Made by a program: the position numbers and the translations under genes. DNA of 41,955 nucleotides from positions 1 through 41,955 of IMG/VR virus record IMGVR_UViG_3300016482_000022; one strand, 5' to 3'. The DNA is from a virus. Taxonomy: Duplodnaviria > Caudoviricetes. This document shows positions 25,270 through 33,978 of this stretch, one piece after another; the first letter of the stretch is position 1, and each line of letters begins with the position of its first letter. The notes below the pieces were generated by a model, which saw only the letters and a list, made by a program, of their open reading frames with translations, made no database searches and was not told where the DNA came from.

Positions 25270-25488
25270 TTACTTTGCGTCGCGCAGCTTGGCATCAATG
25301 CGATGCTCAAGCAGCCTTCCGATAACATCGCTGGCCACTTCCTGCATTTCCAGGCCGTAGCGGCTGTCAGTGTCTGCGATACGCTCGAGGGCTTCGAGCA
25401 GCATGTCGCGCTCGGTGAGCAGGTCGCTGACAGCCAGCAGGACTGGTGCCGACTGGAAGCCAGCCGGGATGATGCTCTTAGCGGTCAT
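25270..25488 (-). CDS. Hypothetical protein
   Basis: GGAGG RBS; start MTAKSIIP. Confidence 0.65.
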   Translation of the reverse strand: MTAKSIIPAGFQSAPVLLAVSDLLTERDMLLEALERIADTDSRYGLEMQEVASDVIGRLLEHRIDAKLRDAK

Positions 25489-25741
25489 TGTTTGCCTCCC
25501 AGGTGTCGATTCGTGCGTCGTCAATCAGGCCGCGCATCACGGCATCGTGGCCATCCATCAGCTTGTCGGCCATGTCCTCAATCTGGCGCAGGTCGAAGGC
25601 GCCGACTGGCAGCGATACGCCGTCGATTGTGATCTTGGTGATGACTGGCATATCGTCATCGGGGTCGCCGAGTGTGTACTCTATCTCGGCGAGTAGGCCT
25701 TCTTCGCCGATGGGTTGAAGTTGGTGGTACATGGCCTTCAC
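25478..25741 (-). CDS. Acidic 87-aa hypothetical protein, second gene of early operon
   Basis: GTG start overlapping the upstream stop; D/E-rich. Confidence 0.7.
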   Translation of the reverse strand: MKAMYHQLQPIGEEGLLAEIEYTLGDPDDDMPVITKITIDGVSLPVGAFDLRQIEDMADKLMDGHDAVMRGLIDDARIDTWEANNDR

Positions 25742-25896
25742 TCCTGATCGGCACCGAATGCTGCCTCGATTAGCGCCAGCTTTTGCTCGGTACTCATGGC
25801 GTCAAACTCGGCCTTGGTTGTGGTGCCGTCTGCATCGACATACTCGACCCATAGTGCATAGTTGGTGGCAATTTCGGTGTTTGTGTGCTGGTTCAT
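25738..25896 (-). CDS. acrIE4: Anti-CRISPR AcrIE4-like protein
   Basis: 52 aa MNQHTNTEIATNYALWVEYVDADGTTTKAEFDAMSTEQKLALIEAAFGADQE matches the length and IA....LW.EY.D.....T..EF.A.STE.K.A....AFGA pattern of AcrIE4 as I recall it. AAGGA RBS; first gene after the promoter. Confidence 0.75.
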   Translation of the reverse strand: MNQHTNTEIATNYALWVEYVDADGTTTKAEFDAMSTEQKLALIEAAFGADQE

Positions 25897-25944
25897 GATG
25901 ATGTCCTTGGTTGGTTGTCGCCGCTGTCTCGCTGCGATGACTCC

Positions 25945-26024
25945 ATTATGCACAAGAAAACCGGCTTGCAACCACTTTCTGTAAACTTTTTTTTGACACG
26001 TTGTAAGCAGTCATGCGCTACAAT
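25945..26024. promoter_or_regulatory. Divergent promoter region
   Basis: Leftward CATAAT (25945-25950, minus strand), rightward TACAAT (26019-26024), AT-rich centre. Confidence 0.6.
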
Positions 26025-26031
26025 CAGCGGA

Positions 26032-26268
26032 ATGAAGCAGCCATACACCACATCACCCATACTCGCCCACGCGCTGGCAGTGGCCGGGACTCAGAGCGAA
26101 CTGGCGCGTCAGATGGGCGTCACCAGGGCCGCCGTTACCCACTGGCGCAAGCGCCTGCCGTACAAAGTCGCGCTGGCGCTGGTTCAGCGGTACGGCAAGA
26201 AGAAGCCGCTCGACCCGGTGGCGGAATGGGAAAAAAAGCATTTCAACCAAGCGAAGGAAACCGCATGA
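26032..26268 (+). CDS. Cro-like HTH regulator
   Basis: TQSELARQMGVTRAAVTHW HTH; ATG 7 nt after TACAAT with no RBS (possibly leaderless). Confidence 0.8.
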   Translation: MKQPYTTSPILAHALAVAGTQSELARQMGVTRAAVTHWRKRLPYKVALALVQRYGKKKPLDPVAEWEKKHFNQAKETA

Positions 26269-26420
26269 CACACACCACTGACAAAGACTATGCCGACACG
26301 CTGGCGCGGCTCTACGCCATTCCAGCGACTCAGCCGCAGCGGCGCGAAGTCACGCAAGCGCAGGAGAGGGGGCACCTGGTAGAAGACCTGATCGCCATCA
26401 ATGGGGAGGCGACATGGTAA
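26265..26420 (+). CDS. Small hypothetical protein
   Basis: AAGGA RBS, ATGA coupling, MTHTTDKDY. Confidence 0.6.
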   Translation: MTHTTDKDYADTLARLYAIPATQPQRREVTQAQERGHLVEDLIAINGEATW

Positions 26421-26977
26421 GCATCAAAGCCAAGCGCCCTATGCGCCCGTCATTCGCCGGAATGGCTTGCCAGTACCGCAAAGCAGCCCTGTTGCTCAAG
26501 AAAGTCATGCGTCGTAAGACGCTGCCGTTTGAGGTGGCGCTGCGCAACGCGGCGGTTTCGCCTACATCTGTGCGTCAGGAGCTTGAGTTGATCGAGCTGG
26601 CGGCACTGGATGCCATCACGCGAGGTCATGGCACATGGCGCGACGTGCAAAAGCTGGCCGATGCCTGCAACATCGGGCAGACCCTGACCAGCCGATGGCG
26701 CGTAGGCGATGGCGAGTGCATAATGGCTTTGCGTACCGGCGAGGTCGCCATCATCCATTGCGCGGCCAGGCTTGAGCGCACCGGGAAGATTGGATTCTCC
26801 GGCGCCGAGCTGCAAGACGTGCGCGAGATGCTGTCATGGGCACATGCGCAGCGCGATGCAGTGGACCGCAAAACCTTCCTGGCGGCCATCAAGCTGACGC
26901 AGGCGCGGATTCGCGGAAACCATGACGTTGTGGACCTTGATCAGGCTTGTGCGGCGATCAATGGGCGGGACTTATAG
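26414..26977 (+). CDS. Hypothetical helical protein
   Basis: 187-aa ORF with GGAGG RBS, followed by terminators. Confidence 0.75.
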   Translation: MVSIKAKRPMRPSFAGMACQYRKAALLLKKVMRRKTLPFEVALRNAAVSPTSVRQELELIELAALDAITRGHGTWRDVQKLADACNIGQTLTSRWRVGDGECIMALRTGEVAIIHCAARLERTGKIGFSGAELQDVREMLSWAHAQRDAVDRKTFLAAIKLTQARIRGNHDVVDLDQACAAINGRDL

Positions 26978-27007
26978 CGAGTTTAGCCAGCTTTAGCTAG
27001 AAACGAT

Positions 27008-27082
27008 AAACCGGCCTTGTGCCGGTTTTTTGTTGCCGTTTTTGCACAAGACATGCAAAAACCCGCACTAGGCGGGCTTTTA
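27008..27082. terminator. Two tandem terminator hairpins between convergent operons
   Basis: AAACCGGC-CTTGT-GCCGGTTTTTT and AAAACCCGC-ACTAG-GCGGGCTTTT. Confidence 0.75.
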
Positions 27083-27111
27083 TCATTGATTATCCTGGCT
27101 TTGATAATCGA

Positions 27112-27927
27112 TCAGACGGCGATTGGCAGCTTGATGTGCGGATGGTGTTTGTAATCCACGATCTGGAAATCGTCGATGTTGTAGCCGTCAATGTCGGTGT
27201 TCTCGGTGTTGATCACCAGGCGCGTAGGTTCGTTGTCATACCTCTGGTGCGCGACCATTTCGCGCATGGCGTCAATGTGATTCAGGTAGATGTGCGCATC
27301 GCCAAACGCGAACATCAGGCGGCGCGGCTGTAGATTGGTGGCGCGGGCCAGTAGCGTGAGCAGCAGCGCATATTGTGCGATGTTGAACGGGGCGCCAAGG
27401 GCCATATCCCAGCTTCGTTGATGCACCTGCATGTCTAGGTGGCCGTCATTGCTGGCGAAGACCTGGAAGGCCCAGTGACACGGCGGCAGGGCCATGTCCG
27501 GGATCTGTGCCACGTTCCAGGCGGTGACGATGTGGCGGCGGCTCATCGGGTTGGTCTTGATGCCGTTGATCAGGTTGGCCAGCTGGTCAACTTCAACGGG
27601 GTTGCCATGAGCATCAACCCCATTCCAGCGGCGCCAGTTGACGCCGTAGATCGGGCCAAGCCTGCCGTATCCATCGGCCCAGGCGTCCCAGAGCTTGCAG
27701 TCGTTGTCATGCAGGAACTTGGTGTGTGGCTCGCCACGCAGGAACCAGAGCATTTCGAGAAACGCCGTGCGCCATCGGGTCTCTTTGACCGTCACAAGTG
27801 GGAAGCGCTTGCGCAGGTCAAAGCGAAGTTGTCCGCCGAAGATGGACAGAGCGCCGACTCCAGTGCGGTCCTCGCGGCGCTCTCCCGTTTGCAGGATCTT
27901 GGATACAAGGTCGGTGTAGTGCTTCAT
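27112..27927 (-). CDS. thyA: Thymidylate synthase
   Basis: DRTGVG, EMLWFL, LGPIYG, MALPPCH, QRSWD..LG.PFNIAQY and DAHIYLNH motifs. Confidence 0.97.
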   Translation of the reverse strand: MKHYTDLVSKILQTGERREDRTGVGALSIFGGQLRFDLRKRFPLVTVKETRWRTAFLEMLWFLRGEPHTKFLHDNDCKLWDAWADGYGRLGPIYGVNWRRWNGVDAHGNPVEVDQLANLINGIKTNPMSRRHIVTAWNVAQIPDMALPPCHWAFQVFASNDGHLDMQVHQRSWDMALGAPFNIAQYALLLTLLARATNLQPRRLMFAFGDAHIYLNHIDAMREMVAHQRYDNEPTRLVINTENTDIDGYNIDDFQIVDYKHHPHIKLPIAV

Positions 27928-28130
27928 TGTTGTTCCTCAGCAAATTTTGGCAGGCCTTGCCAGTGCGTCCATTGGTGTTTTGCTTGGTAGATGCCCAACA
28001 CTGCTACGCCGTTGGCGCGGTTGATCAACAGTAGCTTAGCGCCCACTGGCGGCGGGTGATCGTCAATCGACAGCCAGACAAGCCGTTGATTGACGGCGGC
28101 GCTGCGGTCGTTGTTGAGCTTGATGTTCAT
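27924..28130 (-). CDS. Small hypothetical protein (DUF551-like)
   Basis: W.SID..PP...WTHWQGLP pattern. Confidence 0.7.
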   Translation of the reverse strand: MNIKLNNDRSAAVNQRLVWLSIDDHPPPVGAKLLLINRANGVAVLGIYQAKHQWTHWQGLPKFAEEQQ

Positions 28131-28441
28131 TGGTCGCCTCGTGCGCGGATCGCATCGGCAATGTGTTCTGCTGCCGTGAAGATGCCAGACTGGTACTGCG
28201 TCACAGGTGCATCAGGGCCAAACATGGCAAGCTCGGCGTCTGCGATGCGGGCGCAGGCTTCGCGCTCTTTGATCGCATCATCAAAATGATGTTCAATCCA
28301 CATGCGCGGCTCAAGCGTGGCGACGTGCTCGTAGTCATCTCGGCCAATCATGGCGCGCGCTTCATCCATGTAGAGCGCGCGGATTGCGCCAGTCTCGCGG
28401 TGGCGGTAGACAAAAACGGTGGCGTCGAGATTGTGTGTCAT
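28127..28441 (-). CDS. Hypothetical protein (ERExC...AIRARG family)
   Basis: KEREACARIAD...IADAIRARG; coupled start. Confidence 0.7.
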   Translation of the reverse strand: MTHNLDATVFVYRHRETGAIRALYMDEARAMIGRDDYEHVATLEPRMWIEHHFDDAIKEREACARIADAELAMFGPDAPVTQYQSGIFTAAEHIADAIRARGDQ

Positions 28442-28662
28442 TTTTTTCCCATTGCTCTGATTGCATCGACGGCGTACTGGAGCCATCCTTCAGGCCCATT
28501 TATCCAGTGATAGCTTGCCTCGCATGCTTCGATGCATCGTTCTCGCTCGGCAGCGGCGACCAGCTCCGCAAAACGCTCCAGCCGCCTATCTGATATGCGC
28601 CACTCTCCGTACTCTATCAGCAGGCCAGCTTCGCGCGCAAGTTTGATGATTTCGTCGTTCAT
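28438..28662 (-). CDS. Hypothetical protein (ERExC...AIRA family)
   Basis: IIKLAREAG, LERFAELVAAAERERC, DAIRAMG. Confidence 0.72.
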   Translation of the reverse strand: MNDEIIKLAREAGLLIEYGEWRISDRRLERFAELVAAAERERCIEACEASYHWINGPEGWLQYAVDAIRAMGKK

Positions 28663-28669
28663 GATTGAC

Positions 28670-28972
28670 TCACTTCGGAAAATTGCCGCGAATTTGAGTC
28701 TTCGGCTTCTCGGGTGCCGGCGGATACACCAGCCAGATTCTCGGCTTCTTGTCGGTCGGGTAGGCCTTGGTGGTCTTTACCTTTGCGCCCATGATCTTGC
28801 GTTTCTTGGCCCAGTCCTCAAGGGCTTGTGCCAGCTTGTTGGCTTCCTTGGCATCGTTCAGGATGATGCAGTTCTTCTCTGGCGTGAGCTGATCGAATAG
28901 CGCGTCATACTGTCCAGGCTGAGCGTAGCCCTGGCGTTGAATGACGGGATCGGAGGTTATGGTAAAATTCAT
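28670..28972 (-). CDS. Hypothetical basic protein
   Basis: AAGGGA RBS; start MNFTITSDP. Confidence 0.7.
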   Translation of the reverse strand: MNFTITSDPVIQRQGYAQPGQYDALFDQLTPEKNCIILNDAKEANKLAQALEDWAKKRKIMGAKVKTTKAYPTDKKPRIWLVYPPAPEKPKTQIRGNFPK

Positions 28973-28997
28973 GGTGTTTCCCTTGGTTGGAAGTTTG

Positions 28998-29025
28998 CCC
29001 GGCACTGGTTGCCGGGTTTTTTTTT
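28998..29025 (+). terminator. Plus-strand terminator-like hairpin
   Basis: CCCGGCA-CTGGT-TGCCGGG followed by nine T. Confidence 0.6.
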
Positions 29026-29040
29026 GCCTAAAATGGCAAG

Positions 29041-29247
29041 ATGAAGACACAGTGCATATCCTGCATACACGCCGACTTACAGGGAAACCGAACAATGAGC
29101 AGGGATGGGTTTGTACTGTGCAAGGCATCGTCGGCGCGATGGAGATTTTACTCCATGACCCGCGCAAGGGAGTGCAAAAAACACAGGCAAGCTCCATGTG
29201 ATGTTGAGCAGCGGCGCCGGACTTGGTGGGCTAGAACCAATCCTTGA
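29041..29247 (+). CDS. Small Cys-rich protein, opposite to its neighbours
   Basis: CISCIH...C...C pattern; ATG 6 nt after TAAAAT. Confidence 0.55.
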   Translation: MKTQCISCIHADLQGNRTMSRDGFVLCKASSARWRFYSMTRARECKKHRQAPCDVEQRRRTWWARTNP

Positions 29248-29626
29248 CGGCTTCCATGGCTGCATCAGCCCCGAGTGCCACACACACGATAGCGCCTGCA
29301 GCTTGCGCGGCTTGCATGTACTCAAGCTGTCCAGGCTGAAAACGGGATTTTGTGTGGTCGCGGCGCTTTAGCTCTATCATGAGCGTAGGGTTTCCAGGGA
29401 TGATGATGTCGCAGGCACCAGTTGTCATGCCAAGCGCCTTGTCGCGGTCGGCCTGCCATCCGTAGCGCCTGCCCTCGTTCTTGATGTGCACAACGATTTT
29501 TCCAAGCGTGTCCGGGTATTTTTGGCGCAGTCGATTGATGAACGTCGCCTGCTCGGCCGACTCGGTGGGGCAGTCGCCTCTGAATGACGGGTCGCCGTAT
29601 AACAGAAGCCATGGCGGGAATTTCAT
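29231..29626 (-). CDS. VRR-NUC domain nuclease
   Basis: ESAEQ, HIKNEG, GACDIII, IELKR and Q.EY motifs. Confidence 0.85.
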   Translation of the reverse strand: MKFPPWLLLYGDPSFRGDCPTESAEQATFINRLRQKYPDTLGKIVVHIKNEGRRYGWQADRDKALGMTTGACDIIIPGNPTLMIELKRRDHTKSRFQPGQLEYMQAAQAAGAIVCVALGADAAMEAVKDWF

Positions 29627-31461
29627 GCCGTTTCCTTTGCTTTGTTGGCTGCAAGAGCTGCTGCCAGCAGCTCTTTGTCGGTTGGTTGATCCACGTCGAG
29701 TATTCGATAAAAGCCGCTGTCCTCTTTTTTGTAGGTGACTGTGCGCGGAGTGCGACGGCCGTTGTCGGTTGCTGCTGCGAAGTTCTCCCACTGCGTGCGG
29801 ACGTAGCTTGATTTCGACTCAGGCATGAAAAAAACCGCAAATTTGCGCGTATCGGTGATGACTTCTACGCGCATCATGCGCTCGCCTTTGCTGCTGACAG
29901 TTGGTAGGCAGTCAAGCTGCAATACTTCGTCTGTCTGCCGCTCGCTGGGGCTTCGTTTCAGCGCTTTGAAGTCGGCTACAAGCTTCTCGTTAGGGTCTAT
30001 CAGCTCGGCTTTGCATGATCCGCAATAGCGGGCCGCTATGTCGTTGTCAGCTTCGCACTCTGGGCAGATTTTGCAGGACCAGAAATACCCGCAGCGGGTC
30101 GCCTCGTGCCGGCCAACGGTGACGCCACAGCAGCGCCTGCCGAAGTGGGCTGGGATGGGTTTTCCATCGTCGTTTTTGATGCGCTCGCCGTCCAGGTCTG
30201 TGAAGTACCCGTGCTTGTCGATTGGCCAATCGCCGTCATTCGGTCGGGGTGTGAACAGGTTGACAAAGCCGCATTGATCGCACTCGGCCTCGATGGTGCC
30301 TTTTGTTGCGGACTGATACTGAGCTTTGATCTCAGGGCGGAACAGGTCGCCATCTGGGCAGTGCTTGTCAATGTTTCCTCCATAGTCGAGGACTAGGCAA
30401 TTTTCCTTGCCGTCGTGCAGGCGCAAACCACGGCCAATGATCTGTTGCAACAGGCTGACAGACTCTGTGGCGCGCAGTATGGCTATGCAGTCCACATGGG
30501 TGAAATCTACGCCTGTTGTCATTGTTCCTACGCTGACAAGATGGCGGTATCGCTGCGCCTTGAAATCAGACACCAGCTTTGCCCGGTCTGCTTTCTTGGT
30601 GTTGATATCACCCCCTATCATGCGCGAGTTCTCGGGAGGCAGGCTAGCCATGATCTCTTGGGCGTGCTTGACTGTGGCTGCGAACCACATGATTCCATGT
30701 CGCCCTACTGACTGCTGCAGAACATCATCAACGATTTGCGCGGTCTTGCGTCCCCAGCCCTCAAACGCTCGCTCAACCGTAGCGGTTGAGTAAGCCCCGC
30801 TGGCCGTGGTTTGCAGGGCGCTTGTATCGTAGGATTCGGCGTGTATCGCGCCGACGATTGGGCACGTAAGGTAGCCGCGCTCAATAAGCTCAGGCGCCCC
30901 GATGTAGTACACCAGTCGGGCGAAATACGGATCTCTCGCAACGTCTGGCGGAAGTGTGCGGCCTTGCGTGTCTTGCGCAAAGACAAAGCCAGCGCCGAGC
31001 CGGTACGGTGTTGCAGACAGGCCACATACGCGCAGGTTTGGATTTCCCTCGCGCATGTCGGAAATGATGCGCTGCACGGTAGGCGTGATCCGGTGGCACT
31101 CGTCAACGATGACTCCTGCAAACTCGCCGCCTAAGCGTTTTGCCTGAGTCTTGAATGTGCCTTCGGTGGCAAAGATGACGCGACCGCGCAGGCTTTTGCT
31201 AATGCTGGCGCTGTAGATGGAGTATGGGGTGCCACAGTGCTTGAATTTCTCGCTGTTTTGTTGCACAAGCTCTGCTGATGGAGCGAGGCACAAGACTTTT
31301 TTACCGGATAGTTCGTGCAGTGTCTCGGCAAGCATTGCGATGATGACCGACTTGCCGGCCCCGGTTGCGGCCTCTACGACGCACGGCGTGGTGGTGGATT
31401 TCCACCACTGGATCACAGCGTCATGGGCGTGCTGTTGGTAGTTGCGTGGTTGCAGGCGCAT
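29623..31461 (-). CDS. SF2 DNA helicase (RadD/YejH-like, with zinc ribbons)
   Basis: AATGAGKS, DECH, SATP, TGVD, QIIGRGLR and CxxC pairs. Confidence 0.93.
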   Translation of the reverse strand: MRLQPRNYQQHAHDAVIQWWKSTTTPCVVEAATGAGKSVIIAMLAETLHELSGKKVLCLAPSAELVQQNSEKFKHCGTPYSIYSASISKSLRGRVIFATEGTFKTQAKRLGGEFAGVIVDECHRITPTVQRIISDMREGNPNLRVCGLSATPYRLGAGFVFAQDTQGRTLPPDVARDPYFARLVYYIGAPELIERGYLTCPIVGAIHAESYDTSALQTTASGAYSTATVERAFEGWGRKTAQIVDDVLQQSVGRHGIMWFAATVKHAQEIMASLPPENSRMIGGDINTKKADRAKLVSDFKAQRYRHLVSVGTMTTGVDFTHVDCIAILRATESVSLLQQIIGRGLRLHDGKENCLVLDYGGNIDKHCPDGDLFRPEIKAQYQSATKGTIEAECDQCGFVNLFTPRPNDGDWPIDKHGYFTDLDGERIKNDDGKPIPAHFGRRCCGVTVGRHEATRCGYFWSCKICPECEADNDIAARYCGSCKAELIDPNEKLVADFKALKRSPSERQTDEVLQLDCLPTVSSKGERMMRVEVITDTRKFAVFFMPESKSSYVRTQWENFAAATDNGRRTPRTVTYKKEDSGFYRILDVDQPTDKELLAAALAANKAKETA

Positions 31462-31464
31462 AGA

Positions 31465-32370
31465 TTACCCCAGCTTCCAATACTCAGACGGCTTCCCCCG
31501 CCACTGGTCAAGATCTGCATCTGGTGCCAGCGCTTTGATTGCCTTTGCATAGCTGATCGTCCCGGCACGTTTGACAAGCGTGAGTTTTCGCCCGAAAGCC
31601 TCGGCGTTCTTGCCATCGGCCAGCCTTACCAGATCTTCCAGGGCCGCAGCACGCGCGGCTGTTGCCTGCTCGATTGATGCGTCAAGCTCTGTAATGTATT
31701 CAACCAGACGCTGCGCTTCTGGGGTGTCAAGCTGTACGCGCGGCGGCTCTAGGTGTGCCGGGTTGTCCAGTTCTTCCTGCAGCATTTCCCATATGCTGCG
31801 CAGCTCTGGCAGATAGTGCGCGCGCCACTCATAGTCAATTTCGATGCGCTCATAGTGCAGAAATTCAGGCCCATAGTCGGACTGCAGCGGGTCGCCAATG
31901 GGGGGGCGGTACTGACCGAAGTGGGCGTGCGTTGCGCCAGAACACAGGATCTCAAGCTGAACCTGGGCGTAGTAGTGCGGAAGCTCAGCTAGAGGCTTCG
32001 GCTCAGGTGTGATAACGGCTCGCCACGAGAACGGGCACTTGGTCTCGGCCACGCCGCCGTCATCAGTAAGGCCGTCAGGGCTTGCGCCTAGCCAATCCTC
32101 ATACGTCAAGAATCCGCAGTCGTCGATTGTGATATCGGCGTGGCGCATCATTGCCAGTTGCGCGGCTCGCTCGTGCCGGCGCCCGTAGGCAAACGCGGGA
32201 TTGTCAGGAATCTCGGATTCAGCGCCTTTGGCATTGCGGACCCATGCGCGGATGGCTTGCGCTTGCGACTGGTGCGGTGACAAGCCAAGCAAAGCGCCTG
32301 CTTGCGAGCCTGTGATACGGCCCTTGCGGGATTCAAGCCATTCTGCCGTGCGTTGGAGTTGGTCAAACAT
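31465..32370 (-). CDS. YqaJ / lambda-exonuclease family nuclease
   Basis: EWLESRKGRITGS, GASPDG, ETKCP and YYAQVQ motifs. Confidence 0.92.
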   Translation of the reverse strand: MFDQLQRTAEWLESRKGRITGSQAGALLGLSPHQSQAQAIRAWVRNAKGAESEIPDNPAFAYGRRHERAAQLAMMRHADITIDDCGFLTYEDWLGASPDGLTDDGGVAETKCPFSWRAVITPEPKPLAELPHYYAQVQLEILCSGATHAHFGQYRPPIGDPLQSDYGPEFLHYERIEIDYEWRAHYLPELRSIWEMLQEELDNPAHLEPPRVQLDTPEAQRLVEYITELDASIEQATAARAAALEDLVRLADGKNAEAFGRKLTLVKRAGTISYAKAIKALAPDADLDQWRGKPSEYWKLG

Positions 32371-32382
32371 GTTTTTGTCCTG

Positions 32383-32407
32383 AAAAATGGCGGCTTGCGC
32401 CGCCGTT
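32383..32407 (-). terminator. Intrinsic terminator after SSB gene
   Basis: Minus strand AACGGCGGC-GCAA-GCCGCCATTTTT. Confidence 0.65.
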
Positions 32408-32428
32408 GGTTACCTCGTCAGAAACACG

Positions 32429-32980
32429 TCAGAATGGTACATCATCATCAAGATCATCAAAAGCGGCTGGGGCCGGCTTGGGTTGCGGCCGCAGCTTCGG
32501 CGCAGGAGCCGGTGCAGACTGGCCGGCTGCGCCGGCCTGCGGACGTGGCGCAACCTTGCTAACCCAGTTGCCGCTCTTGCTCTTGTCATCCAGCTCCCAC
32601 ACTCCGAGCTTCAAGACCATCGGGCGGTTCATGAGCGCGGCTGCGAGCGCCTGGGCGTCAGGTTGCACGCCGGCTGCCTGCAGCTTGCCGCCGGCATTGG
32701 TGTCGATTGCTGCCAGCATCTGCAGCGCCTTGTCGCGCTTGGATGCATCGGCATCCATGACCTTGATTTTCTGGAAAATCTTGCGGTTGGCGTACTCTTG
32801 CGGCTTGGCGACGGACCAGCGTAGCGAGATGAAGTTCTCGTTCTGGTAGGTATCCCACTTGGCCTCGTCAATGACGGCTAACACCTGGGTTCCTTCTGGG
32901 ATCGGCGCAAACCCGCCTCCGCTATCGAAGTTCCCGTTGGATTGAACGGATTGTCCGTTGGATTGGGTAAAAAACGACAT
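32429..32980 (-). CDS. Single-stranded DNA-binding protein (DUF669-like)
   Basis: FAPIPEG N-terminal motif, Pro/Ala linker, acidic DDLDDDVPF tail. Confidence 0.85.
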   Translation of the reverse strand: MSFFTQSNGQSVQSNGNFDSGGGFAPIPEGTQVLAVIDEAKWDTYQNENFISLRWSVAKPQEYANRKIFQKIKVMDADASKRDKALQMLAAIDTNAGGKLQAAGVQPDAQALAAALMNRPMVLKLGVWELDDKSKSGNWVSKVAPRPQAGAAGQSAPAPAPKLRPQPKPAPAAFDDLDDDVPF

Positions 32981-32992
32981 GGTGCGCGCTCC

Positions 32993-33844
32993 TTATGCGG
33001 GCTGGTTGAAAAAAGGGATGTATTGCAGCAATGGATTTTCACCTTGCAGCAGCGGAAGTTCGACCGGCATTGGGTAGCGGCTCTTAGCTGCCACATAACC
33101 CACCAGGCCGTCACCACTGGTGATCAAAACGCGGTCGCCGGTTTGCATGGCTCGACCGAACTTCGTTGTTTGACCCTTGCGATTGCTCTCGGCGCCTTGG
33201 ATAAACTCTTCCTTTCGGATGTAGACCACAGCGTCGCTGTTGCTGATGTAGGCGCTGGCGCTGTCTTTGTGCATGTCGATGCCGTACACCGTGTACTCGC
33301 TACCCTCGTCTGGACGATTCTTGACCTTGACGATACCAGCGTGAGCCAGGAAAACGATGGCCATATGGCGGCGCTTGCGGATCATCTCGCAAGCGTAGAT
33401 GATCTCGCTATGCCAGCTTGCGAGCTGAGAGTAGCCTTTGTGGAAACCGCCAGCGGCATCGGCAACCGTGGCCACGCCGTCGGTGAGAGCAATCTCGTGC
33501 TCCAGCTTGCGACTGAGAGCGGTAACAGTATCAATCACCAGCGTCTTGAAATCGTGTTCAGCGGTGGCGACTTCCCGCAGCTGCTCCATGAGCGTGCTGT
33601 ATGGGCTGCCGCGCACGTTTCCGGTGTCGTCCTTGCTGGCCTTGGGCAACTCAGGAAGCATGGTGGGCTGCACATCATCCGCCCATGTCTCGAAAACTGT
33701 GCCGGCGATCTCAGCTTGGACGAACAGCGCCCCAGGGAACATGCCGGCAAAACTGGTCTTGCCAGCGCCCGGGCTGGATACAACGGTGATCATGGGCGGC
33801 GCCGGGTTGGCGCCTGGTTTTTTCGCTTTGGCTAGGAAGCTCAT
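32993..33844 (-). CDS. AAA ATPase (Sak4-like annealing/recombination protein)
   Basis: Walker A SSPGAGKT, Walker B LVIDT, VFLAH and AKSRY; next to SSB and exonuclease. Confidence 0.82.
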   Translation of the reverse strand: MSFLAKAKKPGANPAPPMITVVSSPGAGKTSFAGMFPGALFVQAEIAGTVFETWADDVQPTMLPELPKASKDDTGNVRGSPYSTLMEQLREVATAEHDFKTLVIDTVTALSRKLEHEIALTDGVATVADAAGGFHKGYSQLASWHSEIIYACEMIRKRRHMAIVFLAHAGIVKVKNRPDEGSEYTVYGIDMHKDSASAYISNSDAVVYIRKEEFIQGAESNRKGQTTKFGRAMQTGDRVLITSGDGLVGYVAAKSRYPMPVELPLLQGENPLLQYIPFFNQPA

Positions 33845-33889
33845 TTTTCTACTCCTGCTTGTTGCTGCGCTTTGTGCTGCAGTGCCTCA

Positions 33890-33949
33890 ACTATAGCGCG
33901 AAAAACCGGCGGCAACAACAAAACATGACAAATTTTCTTTTGCTACAAT
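33890..33949. promoter_or_regulatory. Divergent promoters
   Basis: Leftward TTGTTG-17-TATAGT; rightward extended -10 TGCTACAAT (33941-33949). Confidence 0.6.
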
Positions 33950-33978
33950 GCAGGCAACCAACACCAGGAGCTAAACCA

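Noticed and set aside
25885-26268. Lysogeny switch (cI/cro) and temperate lifestyle
   Set aside because: Only short Cro-like HTH genes; no CI with peptidase domain, integrase or partition genes recognised.
27112-27927. DNA hypermodification enzyme (dCMP/dUMP hydroxymethylase)
   Set aside because: Keeps the canonical ThyA motifs including the dUMP-specifying Asn (PFNIA), and no modification gene cluster is nearby.
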